Shown here piece by piece: positions 34,855-46,060 of a DNA stretch of 46,060 nt. The number at the start of each line of letters is the position of its first letter. The first letter of the stretch is position 1. A program made the position numbers and the translations under genes. The notes under the pieces are model-generated. The model had not been told where the DNA came from and did not search any database. It worked only from the letters and a program-made list of their open reading frames with translations. Source of the DNA: Nemertoderma westbladi (Eukaryota; Animalia; Xenacoelomorpha); NCBI GenBank assembly GCA_032718475.1, contig JAUCBJ010009131.1, forward strand, positions 1 to 46,060. Reading direction: 5' to 3'.

Positions 34855-35637
34855 ACTGGTACATGTAAAACTTTTCAATAGGGCCTGGAAACACCTACCA
34901 GTAATTTTAAGGCCGGAATCCTGGGGAATCATCTAGAAACATCTAGATTTATCAAGAATGAGGCAGAAAACAATGGCTGGCTATTTTTCTCTGCCTCAAA
35001 AGTGGCAGAAAATGTGGCAGAAAACAATGGCTCGCTATATTTCTGTATTTCAGAGTTTAATCGGAACTGTTCATAGTCTAGTCTAGTACCGCTACCAGTA
35101 CAACTCAGTGTATTCCACTACTTTCAGACATTACTGGCGGAATTGTTATCAATTCTGCAATTTAAAATCCTTAAAACTAGGTCATGTAGGTAGGCCTATT
35201 CCTAGCTTTTCCAGGTGTTTCTGCTTTTTAATGTTTGTAATGTATAGACGTAGGCCTAGCCTACCTGATAAATGTTAGGCCCTATACTGACTGCTATATA
35301 AAACAGTAAAAACCATGTAACCAGGTAACGGAATATGGAATGGTCTGATGGAGGATCTAAGGATCTAACACTAAACATTATATACGCTAGTCCAATACCT
35401 GAATAGGGCCCTTTTCAGTTTCGGCGGTTACCTCGCCCCACTGGAATTTTAACTGAAACTACTCTGCTACTACAGTTGTTTTATACAGTACCGGCAAAGT
35501 AAGCTGACTGCCTGACCACTGACAGTCAGTAGGCCTACCTAGTAGCCAAGAGTTCTCTGCAGTACAGCTCAGTTAGTGGATTCCCAATGGAAAATTCAAA
35601 TTTCCCAACATTTCCCACTCAAACACAAGCGACTTAC

Positions 35638-35892
35638 TAATAATAATAATAATATTGGTTATTTATATAGCGCTTTTCTACGCTCAGCATACTCAAAGCG
35701 CTTTTATTATCATTACCCCAGCAAAGCCAGGTTCCCATTATACCGCTGGGTTGGCGTAGGCACTAATGTCTAAAGTGTCTTGCCTAGGGACACAACAGTG
35801 CGAAATTTCTACAGCCTTTAGTCGGATTCGAACCTGCACCACCAAACACTATTGTGTAAGCAGTTCAGGCGCCGTATCCACTCGGACACTGC
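35638..35892 (-). mobile_element. tRNA-derived SINE with L2-type 3' tail
   Basis: Minus strand: A box TGTCCGAGTGG, B box GGTTCGAATCC, tail AAAGCGCTTTGAG..AAAAGCGCTATATAAAT, (ATT)n; TSD gcgacttac. Confidence 0.88.
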
Positions 35893-36137
35893 GACTTACG
35901 GCAGAGAGGTGTAGATAGATATATTTACATAAACAGTCAGATAGTAGGACTTCAAGTTCAAACTACCTACTCACAACTGCTGAAATGTACAAACTGCAAG
36001 AGTCCGACTGCTGGACTGACAGACTGAGAGCATGCAAGCTGCAAGGTACCAGGCCGATAGCAATAGCTTGCAGTCAGCACTCATACTCATATAATCTAGC
36101 AATAGCGGTTGCTTTTCAATTTCTATCATAGCCTTAT

Positions 36138-36478
36138 TAATTTCTGCCGTGGCTTTTTAATTTCTGCCGTGGCTTTTTAATTTCTGCCGTGGCTTTTTAA
36201 TTTCTGCCATAGCTTCTTTAATTTCTGCCGTCGCTTTTTTAATTTTTGCTATGGCTTTTTAATTTCTGCCGTAGCTTCTTTAATTTCTGCCGTGGCTTTT
36301 TAAATTCTGCCGTGGCTTTTTAATTTAAGCCGTAGCTTCTTTAATTTCTGCCGTGGCTTTTTAATTTCTGCCGTGGCTTTTTAATTTCTGCCGTAACTTC
36401 TTTAATTTCTGCCGTGGCTTTTTAATTTCTGCCGCAACATCTTTAATTTCTGCCGTGGCTTTTTAATTTCTGCCGTTC
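36138..36478. repeat. 20/21-bp minisatellite, ~17 copies
   Basis: aatttctgccgtggcttttt and variant aatttctgccgtagcttcttt. Confidence 0.93.
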
Positions 36479-36484
36479 CTTTTT

Positions 36485-37175
36485 ATATCCTGAGACAGTT
36501 ATGGGCCACCGTAGATTCCTACTAACCGACGACACCGAATCTTCGGGGTTAACCTCGGATTCGCTGTCATGCAGATCCACCCATCCCACTAACTTAAACC
36601 CCCCCGCATCTACCAGATAAGGCCCTATGCCTACGTACACAACACTGGCCTTCACCACCTCGGATCGCCACAATTCAAACAGTTCTGTGGCGACCCCCCT
36701 CGCCCTCTCACTTGCTAGTTCCCCCTGCCCAAATCGGACTAGATAACGAAAGTGTTTGTTGCACTCACCAAGCCTTTGGTACAACTTGGGCTGGTCTACC
36801 TTTCTCCCCTCCCTAGCATCCTTCAACAGTCTCTTGGTGGCGTTATATCCTCGTCGCAGGCGATCGCTCGTCCCGATGTCTTCCACATGGACTTTACCTT
36901 CCCTCCTCATCCGGCGCCGTACCGTCGGCCCCACTGTCGTCATTCCGGTGGGCCATTCGCCGCCCTCGGCCACTGGTTGGCCGGCGACTTCAGTACCTCG
37001 TCCGCCGCTATGACCTTGCGTCGACTCGAACTCCCATCCTCCTCGTACTCGGCTGCCCTCCTCCTCGATGTCCTGAGCATCCCTCGTTGGCAAATCCGGT
37101 GTGGCGGGCCGGTACTGCCTCATCGCTGCCTCCCGAATCGTTTGGTCTCTATTGCTCGGGGTGCGCGGCGGAGTT
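36485..37175 (-). CDS. Orphan GC-rich open frame (~230 codons), truncated by the gap; unknown product
   Basis: Stop-free from TPPRTPSNRDQ to SEVNPEDSVSSVS; composition contrasts sharply with the AT-rich flanks; no motif recognised. Confidence 0.45.
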
Positions 37176-37275
37176 NNNNNNNNNNNNNNNNNNNNNNNNN
37201 NNNNNNNNNNNNNNNNNNNNNNNNNNNNNNNNNNNNNNNNNNNNNNNNNNNNNNNNNNNNNNNNNNNNNNNNNNN
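37176..37275. other. Assembly gap (100 N)
   Basis: Run of N. Confidence 0.99.
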
Positions 37276-40200
37276 CCGTATATTCCTGTCCCGAATTCAC
37301 AACTGACTGCTCCGTATATGTATATTCCTGTCCCGAATTCACAACTGACTGCTCCGTATATGTATATCCCTGTCCCGAATTCACAACTGACTGCTCCGTA
37401 TATGTATATCGCTGTCCCGAATTCACAACTGACTGCTCCGTATATGTATATCCCTGTCCCGAATTCACAACTGACTGCTCCGTATATCCCTGTCCCGAAT
37501 TCACAACTGACTGCTCCGTATATTCCTGTCCCGAATTCACAACTGACTGCTCCGTATATGTATATCCCTGTCCCGAATTCACAACTGACTGCTCCGTATA
37601 TCCCTGTCCCGAATTCACAACTGACTGCTCCGTATATTCCTGTCCCGAATTCACAACTGACTGCTCCGTATATGTATATCCCTGTCCCGAATTCACAACT
37701 GACTGCTCCGTATATCCCTGTTCCGAATTCACAACTGACTGCTCCGTATATCCCTGTCCCGAATTCACAACTGACTGCTCCGTATATTCCTGTCCCGAAT
37801 TCACAACTGACTGCTCCATATATGTATATCCCTGTCCCGAATTCACAACTGACTGCTCCGTATATCCCTGATCCGAATTCACAACTGACTGCTCCGTATA
37901 TTCCTGTCCCGAATTCACAACTGACTGCTCCGTATATGTATATTCCTGTCCCGAATTCACAACTGACTGCTCCGTAAATATATATCCGTGTTCCGAATTC
38001 ACAACTGACTGCTCCGTATATGTATATCCCTGTCCCGAATTCACAACTGACTGCTCCGTATATCCCTGTCCCGAATTCACAACTGACTGCTCCGTATATT
38101 CCTGTCCCGAATTCACAACTGACTGCTCCGTATATCCCTGTCTCCGAATTCACAACTGACTGCTCCGTATATCCCTGTTCCGAATTCACAACTGACTGCT
38201 CCGTATATCCCTGTCCCGAATTCACAACTGACTGCTCCGTATATTCCTGTCCCGAATTCACAACTGACTGCTCCGTATATGTATATCCCTGTCCCGAATT
38301 CACAACTGACTGCTCCGTATATTCCTGTCCCGAATTCACAACTGACTGCTCCGTATATGTATATCCCTGTCCCGAATTCACAACTGACTGCTCCGTATAT
38401 CCCTGTCCCGAATTCACAACTGACTGCTCCGTATATTCCTGTCCCGAATTCACAACTGACTGCTCCGTATATGTATATCCCTGTCCCGAATTCACAACTG
38501 ACTGCTCCGTATATTCCCTGTCCCGAATTCACAACTGACTGCTCCGTATATGTATATCCCTGTCCCGAATTCACAACTGACTGCTCCGTATATCCCTGTC
38601 CCGAATTCACAACTGACTGCTCCGTATATGTATATCCCTGTCCCGAATTCACAACTGACTGCTCCGTATATCCCTGTCCCGAATTCACAACTGACTGCTC
38701 CGTATATCCTGTCCCGAATTCACAACTGACTGCTCCGTATATGTATATCCCTGTCCCGAATTCACAACTGACTGCTCCGTATATCCCTGTCCCGAATTCA
38801 CAACTGACTGCTCCGTATATGTATATCCCTGTCCCGAATTCACAACTGACTGCTCCGTTATATTCCCTGTCCCGAATTCACAACTGACTGCTCCTATATG
38901 TATATCCCTGTCCCGAATTCACAACTGACTGCTCCGTATATGTATATCCCTGTCCCGAATTCACAACTGACTGCTCCGTATATCCCTGTCCCGAATTCAC
39001 AACTGACTGCTCCGTATATGTCCTGTCCCGAATTCACAACTGACTGCTCCGTATAGTATATCCCTGTCCCGAATTCACAACTGACTGCTCCGTATATCCC
39101 TGTCCCGAATTCACAACTGACTGCTCCGTATATCCCTGTCCCGAATTCACAACTGACTGCTCCGTATATTCCTGTCCCGAATTCACAACTGACTGCTCCG
39201 TATATGTATATCCCTGTCCCGAATTCACAACTGACTGCTCCGTATATCCCTGTCCCGAATTCACAACTGACTGCTCCGTATATCCCTGTCCCGAATTCAC
39301 AACTGACTGCTCCGTATATGTATATCCCTGTCCCGAATTCACAACTGACTGCTCCGTATATGTATATCCCTGTCCCGAATTCACAACTGACTGCTCCGTA
39401 TATGTATATCCCTGTCCCGAATTCACAACTGACTGCTCCGTATATCCCTGTCCCGAATTCACAACTGACTGCTCCGTATATCCCTGTCCCGAATTCACAA
39501 CTGACTGCTCCGTATATTCACACTGTCTCCGAATTCACAACTGACTGCTCCGTATATCCCTGTCCCGAATTCACAACTGACTGCTCCGTATATGTATATC
39601 CCTGTCCCGAATTCACAACTGACTGCTCCGTATATGTATATCCCTGTCCCGAATTCACAACTGACTGCTCCGTATATGTATATCCCTGTCCCGAATTCAC
39701 AACTGACTGCTCCGTATATGTATATCCCTGTCCCGAATTCACAACTGACTGCTCCGTATATCCCTGTCCCGAATTCACAACTGACTGCTCCGTATATGTA
39801 TATCCCTGTCCCGAATTCACAACTGACTGCTCCGTATATCCCTGTCCCGAATTCACAACTGACTGCTCCGTTTATCCCTGTCCCGAATTCACAACTGACT
39901 GCTCCGTATATTCCTGTCCCGAATTCACAACTGACTGCTCCGTATATTCCTGTCCCGAATTCACAACTGACTGCTCCGTATATCCCTGTCCCGAATTCAC
40001 AACTGACTGCTCCGTATATGTATGTATATCCCTGTCCCGAATTCACAACGGACTGCTCCGTATATCCCTGTCCCGAATTCACAACTGACTGCTCCGTTTA
40101 TCCCTGTCCCGAATTCACAACTGACTGCTCCGTATATTCCTGTCCCGAATTCACAACTGACTGCTCCGTATATCCCTGTCCCGAATTCACAACTGACTGC

Positions 40201-43200
40201 TCCGTATATGTATATCCCTGTCCCGAATTCACAACTGACTGCTCCGTATATCCCTGTCCCGAATTCACAACTGACTGCTCCGTATATGTATATCCCTGTC
40301 CCGAATTCACAACTGACTGCTCCGTATATCCCTGTCCCGAATTCACAACTGACTGCTCCGTATATTCCTGTCCCGAATTCACAACTGACTGCTCCGTATA
40401 TGTATATCCCTGTCCCGAATTCACAACTGACTGCTCCGTAATATTCCCTGTCCCGAATTCACAACTGACTGCTCCGTATATGTATATCCCTGTCCCGAAT
40501 TCACAACTGACTGCTCCGTATATCCCTGTCCCGAATTCACAACTGACTGCTCCGTATATGTATATCCCTGTCCCGAATTCACAACTGACTGCTCCGTATA
40601 TCCCTGTCCCGAATTCACAACTGACTGCTCCGTATATCCCTGTCCCGAATTCACAACTGACTGCTCCGTATATGTATATCCCTGTCCCGAATTCACAACT
40701 GACTGCTCCGTATATGTATATCCCTGTCCCGAATTCACAACTGACTGCTCCGTATATGTATATCCCTGTCCCGAATTCACAACTGACTGCTCCGTATATG
40801 TATATCCCTGTCCCGAATTCACAACTGACTGCTCCGTATATGTATATCCCTGTCCCGAATTCACAACTGACTGCTCCGTATATCCCTGTCCCGAATTCAC
40901 AACTGACTGCTCCGTATATCCCTGTCCCGAATTCACAACTGACTGCTCCGTATATCCCTGTCCCGAATTCACAACTGACTGCTCCGTATATTCCTGTCCC
41001 GAATTCACAACTGACTGCTCCGTATATGTATATCCCTGTCCCGAATTCACTACTGACAGCTCCGTATATCCCTGTCCCGAATTCACAACTGACTGCTCCG
41101 TATATCCCTGTCCCGAATTCACAACTGACTGCTCCGTATATGTATATCCCTGTCCCGAATTCACAACTGACTGCTCCGTATATGTATATCCCTGTCCCGA
41201 ATTCACAACTGACTGCTCCGTATATGAATATCCCTGTCCCGAATTCACAACTGACTGCTCCGTATATCCCTGTCCCGAATTCACAACTGACTGCTCCGTA
41301 TATCCCTGTCCCGAATTCACAACTGACTGCTCCGTAATTCACAACTGACTGCTCCGTAATTCACAACTGACTGCTCCGTATATCCCTGTCCCGAATTCAC
41401 AACTGACTGCTCCGTATATGTATATCCCTGTCCCGAATTCACAACTGACTGCTCCGTATATGTATATCCCTGTCCCGAATTCACAACTGACTGCTCCGTA
41501 TATGTATATCGCTGTCCCGAATTCACAACTGACTGCTCCGTATATGTATATCCCTGTCCCGAATTCACAACTGACTGCTCCGTATATCCCTGTCCCGAAT
41601 TCACAACTGACTGCTCCGTATATTCCTGTCCCGAATTCACAACTGACTGCTCCGTATATGTATATCCCTGTCCCGAATTCACAACTGACTGCTCCGTATA
41701 TCCCTGTCCCGAATTCACAACTGACTGCTCCGTATATGTATATCCCTGTCCCGAATTCACAACTGACTGCTCCGTATATCCCTGTCCCGAATTCACAACT
41801 GACTGCTCCGTATATGTATATCCCTGTCCCGAATTCACAACTGACTGCTCCGTATATCCCTGTCCCGAATTCACAACTGACTGCTCCGTATATGTATATC
41901 CCTGTCCCGAATTCACAACTGACTGCTCCGTATATGTATATCCCTGTCCCGAATTCACAACTGACTGCTCCGTATATTCCTGTCCCGAATTCACAACTGA
42001 CTGCTCCGTATATGTATGTATATCCCTGTCCCGAATTCACAACTGACTGCTCCGTATATCCCTGTCCCGAATTCACAACTGACTGCTCCGTATTATCCCT
42101 GTCCCGAATTCACAACTGACTGCTCCGTATATTCCCTGTCCCGAATTCACAACTGACTGCTCCGTATATCCCTGTCCCGAATTCACAACTGACTGCTCCG
42201 TATATTCTTGTCCCGAATTCACAACTGACTGCTCCGTATATGTATGTATATCCCTGTCCCGAATTCACAACGGACTGCTCCGTATATCCCTGTCCCGAAT
42301 TCACAACTGACTGCTCCGTTTATCCCTGTCCCGAATTCACAACTGACTGCTCCGTATATTCCTGTCCCGAATTCACAACTGACTGCTCCGTATATTCCTG
42401 TCCCGAATTCACAACTGACTGCTCCGTATATTCCTGTCCCGAATTCACAACTGACTGCTCCGTATATCCGTGTCCCGAATTCACAACTGACTGCTCCGTA
42501 TATGTATGTATATCCCTGTCCCGAATTCACAACGGACTGCTCCGTATATCCCTGTCCCGAATTCACAACTGACTGCTCCGTTTATCCCTGTCCCGAATTC
42601 ACAACTGACTGCTCCGTATATTCCTGTCCCGAATTCACAACTGACTGCTCCGTATATCCCTGTCCCGAATTCACAACTGACTGCTCCGTATATGTATATC
42701 CCTGTCCCGAGTTCACAACTGACTGCTCCGTATATCCCTGTCCCGAATTCACAACTGACTGCTCCGTATATGTATATCCCTGTCCCGAATTCACAACTGA
42801 CTGCTCCGTATATCCCTGTTCCGAATTTACAACTGACTGTTCCGTATATCCCTGTCCTGAATTCACAACTGACTGCTCCGTATATTCCTGTCCCGAATTC
42901 ACAACTGACTGCTCCGTATATGTATATTCCTGTCCCGAATTCACAACTGACTGCTCCGTATATGTATATCCCTGTCCCGAATTCACAACTGACTGCTCCG
43001 TATATGTATATCGCTGTCCCGAATTCACAACTGACTGCTCCGTATATGTATATCCCTGTCCCGAATTCACAACTGACTGCTCCGTATATCCCTGTCCCGA
43101 ATTCACAACTGACTGCTCCGTATATCCCTGTCCCGAATTCACAACTGACTGCTCCGTATATTCCTGTCCCGAATTCACAACTGACTGCTCCTATATCCCT

Positions 43201-46060
43201 GTCCCGAATTCACAACTGACTGCTCCATATATCCCTGTCCCGAATTCACAACTGACTGCTCCGTATATTCCTGTCCCGAATTCACAACTGACTGCTCCGT
43301 ATATGTATATCCCTGTCCCGAATTCACAACTGACTGCTCCGTATATCCCTGTTCCGAATTCACAACTGACTGCTCCGTATATCCCTGTCCCGAATTCACA
43401 ACTGACTGCTCCGTATATTCCTGTCCCGAATTCACAACTGACTGCTCCATATATGTATATCCCTGTCCCGAATTCACAACTGACTGCTCCGTATATCCCT
43501 GATCCGAATTCACAACTGACTGCTCCGTATATTCCTGTCCCGAATTCACAACTGACTGCTCCGTATATTCCTGTCCCGAATTCACAACTGACTGCTCCGT
43601 ATATGTATATCCCTGTCCCGAATTCACAACTGACTGCTCCGTAATATCCCTGTCCCGAATTCACAACTGACTGCTCCGTATATGTCCCTGTCCCGAATTC
43701 ACAACTGACTGCTCCGTATATGTATATCCCTGTCCCGAATTCACAACTGACTGCTCCGTATATGTATATCCCTGTCCCGAATTCACAACTGACTGCTCCG
43801 TATATGTATATCCCTGTCCCGAATTCACAACTGACTGCTCCGTATATCCCTGTCCCGAATTCACAACTGACTGCTCCGTATATCCCTGTCCCGAATTCAC
43901 AACTGACTGCTCCGTATATTCCCTGTCCCGAATTCACAACTGACTGCTCCGTATATGTACCTGTCCCGAATTCACAACTGACTGCTCCGTATATCCCTGT
44001 CCCGAATTCACAACTGACTGCTCCGTATATTCCTGTCCCGAATTCACAACTGACTGCTCCGTATATGTATATCCCTGTCCCGAATTCACAACTGACTGCT
44101 CCGTATATCCCTGTCCCGAATTCACAACTGACTGCTCCGTATATCCCTGTCCCGAATTCACAACTGACTGCTCCGTATATGTATATCCCTGTCCCGAATT
44201 CACAACTGACTGCTCCGTATATGTATATCCCTGTCCCGAATTCACAACTGACTGCTCCGTATATGATATCCCTGTCCCGAATTCACAACTGACTGCTCCG
44301 TATATCCCTGTCCCGAATTCACAACTGACTGCTCCGTATATCCCTGTCCCGAATTCACAACTGACTGCTCCGTATATTCACAACTGACTGCTCCGTAATT
44401 CACAACTGACTGCTCCGTATATCCCTGTCCCGAATTCACAACTGACTGCTCCGTATATGTATATCCCTGTCCCGAATTCACAACTGACTGCTCCGTATAT
44501 GTATATCCCTGTCCCGAATTCACAACTGACTGCTCCGTATATGTATATCCTGTCCCGAATTCACAACTGACTGCTCCGTATATGTATATCCCTGTCCCGA
44601 ATTCACAACTGACTGCTCCGTATATCCCTGTCCCGAATTCACAACTGACTGCTCCGTATATTCCTGTCCCGAATTCACAACTGACTGCTCCGTATATGTA
44701 TATCCCTGTCCCGAATTCACAACTGACTGCTCCGTATATCCCTGTCCCGAATTCACAACTGACTGCTCCGTATATGTATATCCCTGTCCCGAATTCACAA
44801 CTGACTGCTCCGTATATCCCTGTCCCGAATTCACAACTGACTGCTCCGTATATGTATATCCCTGTCCCGAATTCACAACTGACTGCTCCGTATATCCCTG
44901 TCCCGAATTCACAACTGACTGCTCCGTATATGTATATCCCTGTCCCGAATTCACAACTGACTGCTCCGTATATGTATATCCCTGTCCCGAATTCACAACT
45001 GACTGCTCCGTATATCCCTGTCCCGAATTCACAACTGACTGCTCCGTATATGTATATCCCTGTCCCGAATTCACAACTGACTGCTCCGTATATCCCTGTC
45101 CCGAATTCACAACTGACTGCTCCGTTATATCCCTGTCCCGAATTCACAACTGACTGCTCCGTATATTCCCTGTCCCGAATTCACAACTGACTGCTCCGTA
45201 TATCCCTGTCCCGAATTCACAACTGACTGCTCCGTATATTCCCTGTCCCGAATTCACAACTGACTGCTCCGTATATGTATGTATATCCCTGTCCCGAATT
45301 CACAACGGACTGCTCCGTATATCCCTGTCCCGAATTCACAACTGACTGCTCCGTTTATCCCTGTCCCGAATTCACAACTGACTGCTCCGTATATTCCCTG
45401 TCCCGAATTCACAACTGACTGCTCCGTATATTCCTGTCCCGAATTCACAACTGACTGCTCCGTATATTCCTGTCCCGAATTCACAACTGACTGCTCCGTA
45501 TATCCGTGTCCCGAATTCACAACTGACTGCTCCGTATATGTATGTATATCCCTGTCCCGAATTCACAACGGACTGCTCCGTATATCCCTGTCCCGAATTC
45601 ACAACTGACTGCTCCGTTTATCCCTGTCCCGAATTCACAACTGACTGCTCCGTATATTCCTGTCCCGAATTCACAACTGACTGCTCCGTATATCCCTGTC
45701 CCGAATTCACAACTGACTGCTCCGTATATGTATATCCCTGTCCCGAATTCACAACTGACTGCTCCGTATATCCCTGTCCCGAATTCACAACTGACTGCTC
45801 CGTATATGTATATCCCTGTCCCGAATTCACAACTGACTGCTCCGTATATCCCTGTTCCGAATTTACAACTGACTGCTCCGTATATCCCTGTCCTGAATTC
45901 ACAACTGACTGCTCCGTATATTCCTGTCCCGAATTCACAACTGACTGCTCCGTATATGTATATTCCTGTCCCGAATTCACAACTGACTGCTCCGTATATG
46001 TATATCCCTGTCCCGAATTCACAACTGACTGCTCCGTATATGTATATCGCTGTCCCGAAT
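37276..46060. repeat. Satellite array of 36/42-bp units, >200 copies, continuing past the window end
   Basis: ccctgtcccgaattcacaactgactgctccgtatat(gtatat); EcoRI site in nearly every unit; very low divergence. Confidence 0.98.

Noticed and set aside
35800-35892. tRNA gene
   Set aside because: A and B boxes are present but followed by a SINE body, L2 tail and TSD; no convincing cloverleaf
36443-38116. 557-aa ORF fusing satellite peptide to unique sequence
   Set aside because: The frame is carried across a 100-N gap of arbitrary length
37276-46060. Long repetitive ORFs (YTEQSVVNSGQG, IPVPNSQLTAPY etc.) as real proteins
   Set aside because: Unit lengths are multiples of 3, so four frames on both strands stay open; frequent 1-bp indels switch frames; there are no unique termini
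37276-46060. CRISPR-like array (36-bp repeat)
   Set aside because: No unique spacers, no cas genes, eukaryotic context

Overview
AT-rich eukaryotic (animal, probably marine invertebrate) genomic DNA dominated by mobile elements. One host gene is recognisable: a two-exon ubinuclein/yemanuclein (HIRA-complex H3.3 chaperone) on the + strand, with exons at 8753-9054 and 22490-~24811. Its 13.4-kb intron holds a LINE 3' fragment, a decayed hATm transposon, an internally deleted Gypsy element inside a MITE, and a full-length but defective Mag-type Ty3/Gypsy element with near-identical LTRs. Upstream lie the 5' half of a CR1/L2-group LINE (ORF1, then PHD + APE ORF2), nested inverted-repeat elements and a 68-bp array. 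Downstream lie a hAT-type MITE with an atypical 16-bp duplication, minisatellites, RTE fragments and two SINEs. A cluster of decayed intronless ORFs follows: an NRDP1/RNF41-like RING, a DnaQ/WRN-like 3'-5' exonuclease, a G2E3-like HECT ligase and an orphan ORF. After a 100-N gap, an 8.8-kb 36/42-bp satellite runs to the window end. No rRNA, true tRNA or CRISPR is seen. All family calls come from motif recognition by eye; no database searches were run. No novel system is demonstrated. The best candidates are the decayed ORF cluster at 29.8-37.2 kb and several unusual transposition signatures.
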